Source: an uncultured Actinomycetota bacterium
GTDB taxonomy: Bacteria > Actinomycetota > Thermoleophilia > Gaiellales > Gaiellaceae
Assembly (NCBI GenBank): GCA_963801905.1
Contig: CAWDGP010000014.1
Coordinates: forward strand, 16,215-80,214
Length of the DNA stretch: 64,000 bases
Reading direction: 5' to 3'
The notes beneath the pieces are model-generated. The model had not been told where the DNA came from and ran no database searches. It saw nothing but the letters and a program-made list of their open reading frames with translations. Positions 29,100-38,640 of the stretch are shown here, one piece after another. The first letter of the stretch is position 1, and every line of letters begins with the position of its first letter. A program made the position numbers and the translations under genes.

Positions 29100-30617
29100 A
29101 TGAGCAACCCGGGCCCGCTCGTCATCACCGGCCTACAGAAGTCGTTCGGCGGTGTTCAGGCGCTGAGGGGAGCGAGCCTCACGTGCAAGCCGTCCGAGGT
29201 TCACGCGCTCATCGGTGAGAACGGCGCCGGCAAGAGCACACTCGTCAAGGTGCTCTCCGGCGCCCTGCGTGCGGACAGCGGCGAGATCGTCCTCGACGGG
29301 AGGCCCGTGCGACCGGAGTCGCCGCGCGAGGCGCGCGCAGCCGGAATCGGGACCGTCTTCCAGGAGCTCAGCCTCATTCCGGACCTCTCGGTAGCGAGCA
29401 ACCTCTTCTACGCGATCGAGCCCAAGGTCAGAGCCGGACGGATCGATCGTCGCGCGCTACGGCGCGCAGCCGCGGCCGCGCTCGACCGGTTCGGCGTCGT
29501 CCAGATCAAGACCGACGCCAACGTCCGTGAGCTCGCGCTGGGGGAGCGGCAGATCCTCGAGGTCTGCAAGGCCTTGCTGCGCGAGCCGTCGGTCCTGATC
29601 CTCGACGAGCCGACGTCAGCGCTCCTTCCCGAGCAGGTGGAGTGGCTGTTCGCAAAGGTGCGCGAGTTCGCCGCGGGCGGCGGCATCGCGCTCTTCATCT
29701 CGCACCGACTCGAGGAGATAGAGAGCCTCAGCGATCACGTGACGGTGCTGCGCGGAGGCGTCGATGTCGGCTCGGGCCCGATCGCCGAGATGTCCGAGGC
29801 GCGGCTGGTCGAGCTCATGCTCGGCCGCTCGGTGGACAGGGTCTTCCCCGCAGCCTCCCAGGATGCCAAGTCGGATGAGGTCGTCTGTGAGATCAGCAAC
29901 CTCGCATCGCCCCCTCGCCTCAAGGATGTCTCGCTCTCGATTCGCAAAGGCGAGATCGTCGGGGTGGGTGGGCTCCAGGGCCAGGGTCAGCTGCCGATGT
30001 TCCTCGCGCTCTTCGGCGTCATCCCGTCGAGCGGAAAGGTCGTCGTCGACGGCCGCACCGTCCGCCTGCGCCACCCGAGAGCAGCCCTCGACGCGGGGAT
30101 CGCACTCATTCCCGAGGACCGGGCGACCGAGGGGCTGTGCATGACGCTCAGCATCCGCGACAACATCTCGCTCGGCAGCCTCACCGAGCTCTCGTCGGGC
30201 GGGCTCGTGAATCCGACGCGGGAGCGGCGCGTGCTCGACTCGGCGGTCTCGAAGCTTCGGATCGCGCTCAAGGACGTCCGCCAGGAGGTCGCGGCGCTGT
30301 CCGGCGGGAACCAGCAGAAGGTGATTCTGGCACGGGTGCTCGCGCAGAAGCCTTCGCTCCTCTTGATGTACGACGCCACGCGCGGCGTCGACGTCGGCAC
30401 GAAGGCCGAGATCTACCGACTGATGCGCGAGCAGTGCGACGCGGGCAACTCGATCCTCTTCTACTCGACCGACGCCCAGGAGCTCGTCAACATGGCCGAC
30501 CGCGTCGTCGTTCTCCACGACGGCCGCATTCGTGCGCATCTCGAGGGGGTCGAGATCACGGAGAGCCGCATCGTCGCCGAGTCGGTCGGGGGCGGCGCCA
30601 GGAGCCAGGCCCGATGA
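29100..30617 (+). CDS. Sugar ABC transporter ATP-binding protein (duplicated ATPase, RbsA-like)
   Basis: GENGAGKST Walker A, second-domain signature LSGGNQQK, ILDEPTS. Confidence 0.9.
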   Translation: MSNPGPLVITGLQKSFGGVQALRGASLTCKPSEVHALIGENGAGKSTLVKVLSGALRADSGEIVLDGRPVRPESPREARAAGIGTVFQELSLIPDLSVASNLFYAIEPKVRAGRIDRRALRRAAAAALDRFGVVQIKTDANVRELALGERQILEVCKALLREPSVLILDEPTSALLPEQVEWLFAKVREFAAGGGIALFISHRLEEIESLSDHVTVLRGGVDVGSGPIAEMSEARLVELMLGRSVDRVFPAASQDAKSDEVVCEISNLASPPRLKDVSLSIRKGEIVGVGGLQGQGQLPMFLALFGVIPSSGKVVVDGRTVRLRHPRAALDAGIALIPEDRATEGLCMTLSIRDNISLGSLTELSSGGLVNPTRERRVLDSAVSKLRIALKDVRQEVAALSGGNQQKVILARVLAQKPSLLLMYDATRGVDVGTKAEIYRLMREQCDAGNSILFYSTDAQELVNMADRVVVLHDGRIRAHLEGVEITESRIVAESVGGGARSQAR

Positions 30618-31612
30618 CCGGCTCGCCCGAAGCCTTCACGGACACCGGCCGGCCGGAGTGGGTCGATCGGCTGAAGATCAACCCGGCGAAGCTGCCGTTG
30701 CTGATGCCGTACGTCTATGTCGCGGTGCTCACCGCGGCCGTGCTGATCCTCGAGCCCTCGCTCATCGACGGCCCGGGCGCGCTCACCGCGAACTTCGCGC
30801 TCGTGGTGCCGCTCGCGCTCGTCAGCTTCGGACAGACCCTCGTGATGCTCACCCGCGGTATCGACCTCTCGATCGGCGGCGTGATCAGCGTGAGCTCGGC
30901 GCTCCTTGCGACCCATCTCGCTGCGACGGGCTGGCTCCTCCTCCCGGAGCTCCTCCTTGTCGTTGCGCTCGGCGTTGCGATCGGCTTCCTCAACGGCGCG
31001 ATCATCGCCTTCACTCCGATCCAGCCCTTCATCGTGACGCTCGCGACCTGGTCGATCTGGGATGGCGTCGCGTTCGCGATCCTGCCGGTCGAAGGCGGGA
31101 CTGTCTCGCCGACGCTCATCTCGGCCGTGTCCGGGAGCCTGTTCGGCGTGCCGAAGTCGGTGTGGATCGTCATCGCACTCCTCCTGCTCTGGCGCTGGCT
31201 TCGCGCGACACGGCTCGTGGACGACCTCGTCGCGATCGGGAGCGACGAGAATCGCGCCCGCCTGCTGGGCGTCAGGACCGGGAGGCGAAAGCTCCAGGTC
31301 TACGCCATCTCCGGGCTTCTCGCGGCGCTCGCCTCCATCTGGGTGACGGGCCAGACTCAGGCCGGGTCGCCGAACGGCGGCGACCAGTTCATCCTCAGCT
31401 CGATCGCAGCGGTTGTGATCGGCGGCACGAGCATCTTCGGAGGCAAGGGCTCTGCGGCGAGCTCGATCATGGGCGCGATCGCGTTCCTGCTGATCCCGAT
31501 TCTCGTCTTCGCTCTCAACCTCACCTCGTTCTGGAGCATCTTCTTCCAGGGCCTGATCCTGATCGTGGCCGTCACGTTCAACTCGATCATCCAGACGAGG
31601 GCCCGCGGATGA
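30614..31612 (+). CDS. Sugar ABC transporter permease 1
   Basis: ATGA overlap with the ATPase stop. Hydrophobic RbsC-like protein (GIDLSIGG). Confidence 0.9.
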   Translation: MTGSPEAFTDTGRPEWVDRLKINPAKLPLLMPYVYVAVLTAAVLILEPSLIDGPGALTANFALVVPLALVSFGQTLVMLTRGIDLSIGGVISVSSALLATHLAATGWLLLPELLLVVALGVAIGFLNGAIIAFTPIQPFIVTLATWSIWDGVAFAILPVEGGTVSPTLISAVSGSLFGVPKSVWIVIALLLLWRWLRATRLVDDLVAIGSDENRARLLGVRTGRRKLQVYAISGLLAALASIWVTGQTQAGSPNGGDQFILSSIAAVVIGGTSIFGGKGSAASSIMGAIAFLLIPILVFALNLTSFWSIFFQGLILIVAVTFNSIIQTRARG

Positions 31613-32562
31613 TCGACTCGGCCATCGGCATCGCCCGGCGCAACATGTCGATCCTCCTCGCCTACGTCGTCGCCCTGATCCTCTTCGTGGTCGGAACCGC
31701 CCAGGCGACCGGGTTCGCGAGCTACGCGCACACGCGGACGGTCCTGATCACGGCGGCATTCGTCGGCCTCGTCGGCTTCGGGCAGACGCTCTGCATGCTC
31801 ACCGGCGGCATCGACCTCTCGATCCCGGCGAACGTCGCCGGAGCAGCCGTTCTCACGGCGTTCCTGGCGAACGGGGTCTCGAACCACCTCTACTGGATCG
31901 TTCCGATGGTCCTCGGATTCGGAGTGGTCGTGGGGCTGGTGAACGGGGTCGGCGTTGCCTACGCAGGCGTTCCGCCGATCATCATGACGCTCGGAATGAA
32001 CAGCGTCATCCAGGGCATCCTCCTCATCTACACGAACGGCGGGTTCGCGTCCGCGGCGCCGCCCGGACTCGTCGACTTCGTCAACGGCGACACCTTCGGC
32101 ATGTCGACGATGCTCCTGATCTGGGTCGGTGTCACGGTCGTCGCGACCGTGCTCCTCAGCCTGAGCACCTTCGGCCGGAGGCTCTACGCCGTCGGGACGA
32201 ACCCGACGGCAGCGCTCCTCGCGGGCGTTCGCGTCAAGCGCGTCACGGTCGTGCCGTACGTCGTCTCGGGTCTCGGGGCGGCACTGACCGGTGTCCTGCT
32301 CCTCGGCTTCCTCGGGCAGGCGTTCGTCAACATGGGCGACGAGTACCTCTTCGCCTCGGCCGTGGCCGTTGCCGTGGGGGGCGCCTCGATCCTGGGCGGC
32401 AAGGGCCACTACCTGGGGACAGTCGCCGGCGCCATCGTCCTGACTCTGATCGCCGCCAACCTCAACCTGCTTTCACTCGGCCAGTCGGCGATCCAGATCT
32501 CGTACGGCCTGATCCTGCTCGCAGCCGTGTACCTGGCGACGATCCAGCTCGGGAGGAGATGA
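31609..32562 (+). CDS. Sugar ABC transporter permease 2
   Basis: ATGA overlap. GGIDLSIPA. 317 aa, multi-TM. Confidence 0.9.
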   Translation: MIDSAIGIARRNMSILLAYVVALILFVVGTAQATGFASYAHTRTVLITAAFVGLVGFGQTLCMLTGGIDLSIPANVAGAAVLTAFLANGVSNHLYWIVPMVLGFGVVVGLVNGVGVAYAGVPPIIMTLGMNSVIQGILLIYTNGGFASAAPPGLVDFVNGDTFGMSTMLLIWVGVTVVATVLLSLSTFGRRLYAVGTNPTAALLAGVRVKRVTVVPYVVSGLGAALTGVLLLGFLGQAFVNMGDEYLFASAVAVAVGGASILGGKGHYLGTVAGAIVLTLIAANLNLLSLGQSAIQISYGLILLAAVYLATIQLGRR

Positions 32563-32563
32563 C

Positions 32564-33361
32564 GTGGGAGCGCTGGACGGAAAGGTGTGCGTCCTGGTCG
32601 GCGGGGGCGGCGGCATCGGCGAGGCGACCGCTGTCGCCTATGCCCGTGCCGGCGCTGCGGCCGTCATCGTTGCGGACATTCAGCCGGACCTCGCGGAGTC
32701 GGTCAGCGCGAGGGTCGGTGACCTTGGAACCGAGGCCTGGAGCACCCGAGTCGATGCGCTCGAGGAAGGCGCGCTCGACGCGCTCCTCGACGACGTCGTT
32801 CACCGGCACGGCCGCGTCGACGTCATGCACAACCTGACGAGCACCACCGTCCTGGTTGCGTCGACCGAGCTCCCACTCGCCGAGTTCGAGAAGGTCTTCC
32901 GCGCAACCGTGGTCGGCCAGTTCGCCGGGGCGCAGGCCGCGGCGCGCCGGATGATCTCGGACGGTCGAGGCGGCTCGATCATCAACATGAGCTCGATCGG
33001 CGGGCACGGCGGCCTCCCGCGGCGCGCCGCGTACACGGCAAGCGCTGCGGCGATCGTCAATCTCACGAAGACGCTGGCGGTGGAGTGGGCTCCGCACGCG
33101 ATCCGCGTGAACGCGATCGCGCCCGCCTGGATCCTCACCGACGCGCTCCGGGGCTACAACGCTGCCTTTCCGGGCGTCCTCGACTTCGACGCCCTCCGGG
33201 AGCGCGTCCCACTCGGACGGTTCGGCGAGCCGGAGGAGGTTGCCTCCGTCGCCGTCTTCCTGGCGAGCGACGCCAGCAGCTTCGTGACGGGCACCACGAT
33301 CCTCGCCGACGGCGGGGTCGTCGCGTACATCGGGCCCGGAGGGAGACCCAGCGACCAGTGA
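32564..33361 (+). CDS. SDR-family oxidoreductase with an atypical active site (YTASA instead of YxxxK)
   Basis: VLVGGGGGIGEA Rossmann motif, NMSS, AAYTASAAAIVNLTK, IRVNAIAP. Confidence 0.85.
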   Translation: MGALDGKVCVLVGGGGGIGEATAVAYARAGAAAVIVADIQPDLAESVSARVGDLGTEAWSTRVDALEEGALDALLDDVVHRHGRVDVMHNLTSTTVLVASTELPLAEFEKVFRATVVGQFAGAQAAARRMISDGRGGSIINMSSIGGHGGLPRRAAYTASAAAIVNLTKTLAVEWAPHAIRVNAIAPAWILTDALRGYNAAFPGVLDFDALRERVPLGRFGEPEEVASVAVFLASDASSFVTGTTILADGGVVAYIGPGGRPSDQ

Positions 33362-33388
33362 ACGAATGCGAAGAAGGGGCGTGAGAGC

Positions 33389-34525
33389 ATGAAGGTGTTC
33401 GGCAGCGAGATCGCCAGATCGGAGCTGCTCCGGCGGGTCGGGAACCTGGCCCAGGTCGGGAGCGTGGAGCTCCTCTCCCATGAGCAGGGCTACGCCCGCG
33501 GAGCCAGGTTCCTCGACTTCCGTACGGGGAGCGGATTCCGGTTCACCGTCAACGTCGATCGGGGCATGGATCCCGGGTACGCGGAGTTCAACGGCGCCTC
33601 GCTCGCGTGGCTGCCTCCGAAGATCTTCCCGGCGCCGTCCTTCTGGGAGAACGACGACCACGCCTGGGTCCGCTTCGTCCTCGGCGGCCTCTGCAACACC
33701 GCGGGGCTCGTCACGATCGGCAACCCGCAGACGGTGGATGTCTCGCACTTCAAGTTCCACTCGAGGAACGACGATCGTTACGGGACCCACGATCGCGTCG
33801 CCATCCTCCCGGCGAGCCACTTCAACTTCGGGGAGCGCTGGGAGGGGGATCGCTGCTTCCTCTGGGCCGAGGGCACCGTCCGGCAGGAGATCACCTACGG
33901 AGAGAACCTTCTGTTGACGAGGCGCTACGAGACGGAGCTCGGCGCGAGCTCGTTCTCGCTCCGGGACGTCGTCCGCAACGACGGCTTCTACCCGGCGCCG
34001 CATCAGCTCCTCTACCACTTCAATATCGGCTATCCGGTCGTGGACGACGGGGCGGAGCTGCTCGCCGCGGCCGCAGGTACGGTCGGAGGCTCGATCTTCG
34101 AGGAGGAGCAGAAGGCGCCGGACCGGTACCGGCAGTTCACCGGGCCCGAGCAAGGGTTCTTCGCGGAAGGGTTCGAGATCCCGATGCTCACGGGCACGGA
34201 CGGCCTCGTCGGAGCGGCGGTCGTGAACCGCGGCTTCGGCGGTCTCGACGGCGGCCTCGGCGTCTACGTCCGCTACGACCCGTCGACGCTGCCCGTCTAT
34301 CTCGAGTGGCGGATGATGGGAGAGGGGTTGTACGCGGTGGGGATGGAACCTTCGACAAACCCCTTCAAGGCGATCCCGGAACTGGTCGAGGAGGGCTATC
34401 CCGTGATGCTGGAGCCGGGCGAGGAGCGCGTGTACGCGCTCGAATTCGGGGTTCTCGCGGGCGGGAGCGAGATCGATGCGTTCGCCCGGTCTCTTCCCGT
34501 CGCCGATGCGAGGTCGCTCTCATGA
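33389..34525 (+). CDS. DUF4432 / aldose-1-epimerase-like (mutarotase-fold) protein
   Basis: 378 aa. DRGMDPGYAEFNG, LLYHFNIGYP, EWRMMGEGLYAVGMEP pattern. Confidence 0.65.
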   Translation: MKVFGSEIARSELLRRVGNLAQVGSVELLSHEQGYARGARFLDFRTGSGFRFTVNVDRGMDPGYAEFNGASLAWLPPKIFPAPSFWENDDHAWVRFVLGGLCNTAGLVTIGNPQTVDVSHFKFHSRNDDRYGTHDRVAILPASHFNFGERWEGDRCFLWAEGTVRQEITYGENLLLTRRYETELGASSFSLRDVVRNDGFYPAPHQLLYHFNIGYPVVDDGAELLAAAAGTVGGSIFEEEQKAPDRYRQFTGPEQGFFAEGFEIPMLTGTDGLVGAAVVNRGFGGLDGGLGVYVRYDPSTLPVYLEWRMMGEGLYAVGMEPSTNPFKAIPELVEEGYPVMLEPGEERVYALEFGVLAGGSEIDAFARSLPVADARSLS

Positions 34526-35598
34526 CGGACATCGTGATTCCCTCGGCGGGCATCGCGATGGAGGAAGCCATGGTGGTCAAATGGCACAAGGCGCCCGGCG
34601 ACACCGTCGCGGCCGACGAGCCGGTCGTCGAGATCGAGACGGACAAGGCGACGATGGACGTCGTCAGTCCGGTCGCCGGCCGGCTGGGCCCTCATCTCGC
34701 CGAGCCCGGCGATGTGGTGGCCGTAGGCGCGGCGATCGTGCGTGTTCTGACCGAAGAGGCGGTGCCCGAGCCGGCCCGCGCACCCGAGCCCGACGAGTTG
34801 GCTTCCTCGACCGGTGCGAGCTCACCGTCGTTCGACGAGCCCGAGCCGGAGCGTGCCTCGACCGGCGGCGGGAGCGACGCTCTCGCCCGCGCGCCTCATG
34901 CGCTCAGCCCGAGAGCGCGCCGGCTCGAGCGGGAGCGGACGGACCACCCGCCGCAGGCCGCTCCGTCCCGGGGACGCTTTCGCGGCCTGATCGCGACGAA
35001 GGTCGCCGAGTCGTGGCGAGAGATCCCGCACTTCACGGTCTCGAGGGAGATCGACGCGGAGGAGATGTCCGTCGCGCTCGAGCAGGAACGGGCACGTGGA
35101 ATCGAGCCCCTCCCGTCCTTCACGGACATGCTCTTGCGTGCACTCGCCGAGGCGCTGCAGGAGAACGGCGCGGACGGTGCGGTCGACCTCGGGCTCGCTG
35201 TCGCGACTCCCGACGGGGTCGTCGTCCCGGTGGTCCAGGATGTCCTCGGCCACAGCCTCGCGGAGCTTGCAGCCGCCCGGCAGGCAGCGGTCACGCGGGC
35301 GCGAACCGGACGGCTCGCGTCGGAAGACCTGAACGTCACGCCGATGTCGACGCTCTCGAACCTCGGGTCGTTCGGCGTCGACCGCTTCACCGGGATCGTT
35401 GCGCTCGGGCAGACGACGCTGCTCACCGTGGGCCGGGCGCGGCCGCGGGTCGTCGCCGACGATCGCCGGGCCATCAGCGTGCGTCTCACGTTCGACGCCA
35501 CCGTCAACTCGGATCACCGGGCACTGGACGGTGCAGACGCGGCGCGGCTGCTCTCCTCCTTCGCCGCCGCGGTCGAGCGAACCACCTCACCCACCTAG
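34522..35598 (+). CDS. Dihydrolipoamide acyltransferase (E2) component of a 2-oxoacid/acetoin dehydrogenase-type complex
   Basis: Lipoyl domain VEIETDKATMDV. The subunit-binding region is short and degenerate (LSPRARRLERERTD). Catalytic VNSDHRALDG. ATGA overlap with the upstream gene. Confidence 0.85.
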   Translation: MTDIVIPSAGIAMEEAMVVKWHKAPGDTVAADEPVVEIETDKATMDVVSPVAGRLGPHLAEPGDVVAVGAAIVRVLTEEAVPEPARAPEPDELASSTGASSPSFDEPEPERASTGGGSDALARAPHALSPRARRLERERTDHPPQAAPSRGRFRGLIATKVAESWREIPHFTVSREIDAEEMSVALEQERARGIEPLPSFTDMLLRALAEALQENGADGAVDLGLAVATPDGVVVPVVQDVLGHSLAELAAARQAAVTRARTGRLASEDLNVTPMSTLSNLGSFGVDRFTGIVALGQTTLLTVGRARPRVVADDRRAISVRLTFDATVNSDHRALDGADAARLLSSFAAAVERTTSPT

Positions 35599-35616
35599 AC
35601 AGGAGAGTCGACGACC

Positions 35617-36663
35617 ATGGACGAACCCGGAACGACCACTGCGCTGTCCGAGTCGGCGTTCGAGGTGCGACTCGACGGCGTCCCGCAGGACGAGCTGGTG
35701 GAGTGGCTCGGGACGATGCTGGTGATCCGCGAGTTCGAGGAGTCCCTCGAGTCGCTGACCGCGAGCGGAAAGATCCCCGGCTCCGTCCACCAGGCCTCGG
35801 GCCAGGAGGCGGTCGCCGTCGGGGCGATGCGCGCTCTGCTCGACGGTGACATCGTCGCCAGTCCTCACCGTCCCCACCATCACGCTCTCGCCAAGGGCAT
35901 GACGCCGAACGCCGCCATGGCAGAGCTCTGGGGACGGCGAGACGGTTGCGCAGGCGGCCGCGGCGGAACGATGCACCTGAACGACTTCGACCTCGGCTAC
36001 TACGGCTCCAACGGCATCGTCGGCGCATCGCTCGGGATCGCCATGGGCGCGGCCCTCGCGGCCAAGCTCCGCGTCACCGGCCAGGTGTGCGTCGGGTTCT
36101 TCGGTGAGGGCGGGGCGAACACGGGGAGAACGTGGGAGTTCGTGAACTTCGCGGCCACGCACGCGCTCCCGCTGATCGTGTTCTGCGAGAACAACCAGTA
36201 CGCGGTCGAGACCTTCATCGGCCGGGCGATGACGGGAGGCTCGATCGCCGACCGGGCGTCAGGGTTCGGGCTGCCCAGCGTGCAAGTCGACGGTCAGGAC
36301 GTCTGCGCCGTCTACCGCGCGACACGTGAGGCTCGTGACCGAGCGGCGAGCGGAGAGGGGCCGACCTTCATCGAGGCGATCACCTACCGCTACAACGGCC
36401 ACAACACCGGCGAGATCGCTGCGTATCGCACTCAGGACGAGATCGAGGAGTGGCGCAGGACACGGGACCCGATCGAGGGTCTCAGGCGGGCGCTCGAGTC
36501 CGGAGGTCGTCTCACCGGCACCGGGTTCGCCGAGCTCGCCGACCGAGCCCGCCAGACCGTCGCCGACGCGATCGCTTTCTCCGAGAGCTCGCCTCTCCCC
36601 GACCCGCAGACCGCCACCGCAGGGGTGGTCGGGATTCCCTTCGACCCGAGAGGACCAGCATGA
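35617..36663 (+). CDS. TPP-dependent dehydrogenase E1 alpha subunit (AcoA/PdhA-like)
   Basis: GQEAVAVG, GRGGTMHL, FFGEGGANTG, YRYNGHN. Confidence 0.9.
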   Translation: MDEPGTTTALSESAFEVRLDGVPQDELVEWLGTMLVIREFEESLESLTASGKIPGSVHQASGQEAVAVGAMRALLDGDIVASPHRPHHHALAKGMTPNAAMAELWGRRDGCAGGRGGTMHLNDFDLGYYGSNGIVGASLGIAMGAALAAKLRVTGQVCVGFFGEGGANTGRTWEFVNFAATHALPLIVFCENNQYAVETFIGRAMTGGSIADRASGFGLPSVQVDGQDVCAVYRATREARDRAASGEGPTFIEAITYRYNGHNTGEIAAYRTQDEIEEWRRTRDPIEGLRRALESGGRLTGTGFAELADRARQTVADAIAFSESSPLPDPQTATAGVVGIPFDPRGPA

Positions 36664-37649
36664 CCGCCATGGTGACCGTGGGGCAGGCCTTCCAGCAGGG
36701 CCTGCGCGAGGAGATGGCCCGCGACGACAAGATCTTCGTCCTGGGAACAGACCTCTTCGAACGCGGCGGCCATTTCGCGCAGGTCAAGGGGATCGGGCCG
36801 GAGTTCGGCCACGATCGGGTGATCGACGCACCGATCTCCGAGGCGGCGATGATCGCCGCCGGCGTGGGCGCCGCGATGAACGGGATGCGCCCGCTGATCG
36901 ACCTCAACTTCATCGACTTCTCGTTCGGTGCCATGGACGAGATCGCGAATCAGGCGGCGAAGGCCCGCTACCTGTGGGGCAAGCCGGTTCCGCTGCTGAT
37001 CCGTGCCTCCTCGGGCGTTGCGCTCTACGCCGCGCAGCACAACAACAGCCTCGAGGCATGGTTCATGCACATGCCGGGGCTGGTGGTCGTGATGCCGTCG
37101 AATGCCCGGGACACGAAGGGAATCCTGAAGTCGGCCCTCCGGAGCGACGACCCGGTCATCTTCTTCATGCACAAGCGCCTGACCGGCGCACGCGGGGAGA
37201 TCGGAGGCCCCGAGGAGCTCATCCCGATCGGAAGCGCGAACGTCGTGCGCTCCGGGCGGAAGGCGACCGTGATCACCGGCGGGATCGTGCTCGGCAAGGC
37301 GCTCAAGGCCGCCGACGCCCTGCTGGCGGAGGGCATCGACGTCGACGTCATCGATCTCCGCACGATCTTCCCGCTGGACTTCGAGACCATCATCACGTCG
37401 GTGCGCAAGACCGGCCGTGCGGTCGTCGTCACGGAGGAGCCTCCGTACGCGAGTGTCGCCTCGGAGATCGCAGCCACGATCCAGGAGGAGGCGTTCGAGT
37501 ACCTCGACGCCCCGGTTGCGAGGATCACCGCGGCGCATGCGCCGATCCCACATGCCCCCAACCTGATGGAGGCGCTGATCCCTCAGGTCGATCACATCGT
37601 CGACGCCGTCCGTGGCTCGATCGGCCGCTGGCCGCCGTCAGAGCCGTGA
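36660..37649 (+). CDS. TPP-dependent dehydrogenase E1 beta subunit (AcoB/PdhB-like)
   Basis: MTAMVTVGQAFQQGLREEMARDDKIFVLGTD.., DAPISEAA. ATGA overlap with E1 alpha. Confidence 0.9.
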   Translation: MTAMVTVGQAFQQGLREEMARDDKIFVLGTDLFERGGHFAQVKGIGPEFGHDRVIDAPISEAAMIAAGVGAAMNGMRPLIDLNFIDFSFGAMDEIANQAAKARYLWGKPVPLLIRASSGVALYAAQHNNSLEAWFMHMPGLVVVMPSNARDTKGILKSALRSDDPVIFFMHKRLTGARGEIGGPEELIPIGSANVVRSGRKATVITGGIVLGKALKAADALLAEGIDVDVIDLRTIFPLDFETIITSVRKTGRAVVVTEEPPYASVASEIAATIQEEAFEYLDAPVARITAAHAPIPHAPNLMEALIPQVDHIVDAVRGSIGRWPPSEP

Positions 37650-37659
37650 CGCTCCGGGG

Positions 37660-38640
37660 TCAGACCTGCGGCAACCCGAGCGCAGCGAGCGCAGTGTTCT
37701 CGCGTTCATAGCTCCGCAGCTCCGGCTTCGGGTCGAGGAGCTCCCACCAACCGGCGTATTCCTCGATCATGCGGCGGTTGCCGGTGGTCATCTCCACGCC
37801 GAGCTCCCTGCTCAGCTTCGCTCCGTCGATCGCGTAGTGCTCTGCGGGATAGGGGAACACGATGTTCGTCAGATCGACCACGTCGGACGCGACGCCGAGC
37901 TCGGCCTCGTCGACCGGCACGATCCGGGCCTCGACGCCGAGGACGTCGGCGCACAGCTCGACCCAGCCCCGATTCGTGATCACCGGCTGGTGCGTGCAGT
38001 TGTAGACCTGTCCCGCCGCGGCGGTCGGGCGCTCGAGGGTGGCGACCAGGGCTCGCGCGACGTCGTCGGCGTAGACGAACTGGTTGACCGCCGTCCCGCC
38101 ACCGGGGAGCAGGATCGGCCGATCCTGTGCGAGCCGGCCGAACACGAACGACTCCCGGTCGGCGAAATTCCCCGGGCCGAGGATGAAGGGCAGGCGAACT
38201 GTCGTGACGGCGAAGCTTCCTGCGGCATGGGCCTCCCAGAGCAGATCCTCCGAGGCGACCTTCTCTCTGCCGTACCCACCCCAGATCGGATTCGGCCCGA
38301 GCGGCGTGGACTCGCTCCACGGGAGCTCGGGAGCGGGCCGGTACACGGCGCCGCTCGAGATGAAGACGTACTGGCCGACCCGTCCGGCGAGTGCCTGCGC
38401 GGTGGCAGCAGTCCAGTCCGAGAAGTAAGCCGACATGTCGATCACGGCGTCGAAGCGCTCCTGGCCGAGGCCCGCGAGCCCGTCGGGCTCGGAGCGGTCG
38501 CCCGTGACGGATCGTGCTCCGGCCACGCCCTCCCCGGTGATGCCCCGGTGAAGGAGGGTGACCGCGGCGTCCGCGTCGAGCAGACGGCGCGCGACGAGGC
38601 GGCCGACGAAGCGCGTGCCGCCGAGAATCAGTACCTTCAT
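37660..38640 (-). CDS. NAD-dependent epimerase/dehydratase family protein
   Basis: MKVLILGGTRFVGRLV (GxxGxxG). 326 aa. Confidence 0.85.
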   Translation of the reverse strand: MKVLILGGTRFVGRLVARRLLDADAAVTLLHRGITGEGVAGARSVTGDRSEPDGLAGLGQERFDAVIDMSAYFSDWTAATAQALAGRVGQYVFISSGAVYRPAPELPWSESTPLGPNPIWGGYGREKVASEDLLWEAHAAGSFAVTTVRLPFILGPGNFADRESFVFGRLAQDRPILLPGGGTAVNQFVYADDVARALVATLERPTAAAGQVYNCTHQPVITNRGWVELCADVLGVEARIVPVDEAELGVASDVVDLTNIVFPYPAEHYAIDGAKLSRELGVEMTTGNRRMIEEYAGWWELLDPKPELRSYERENTALAALGLPQV

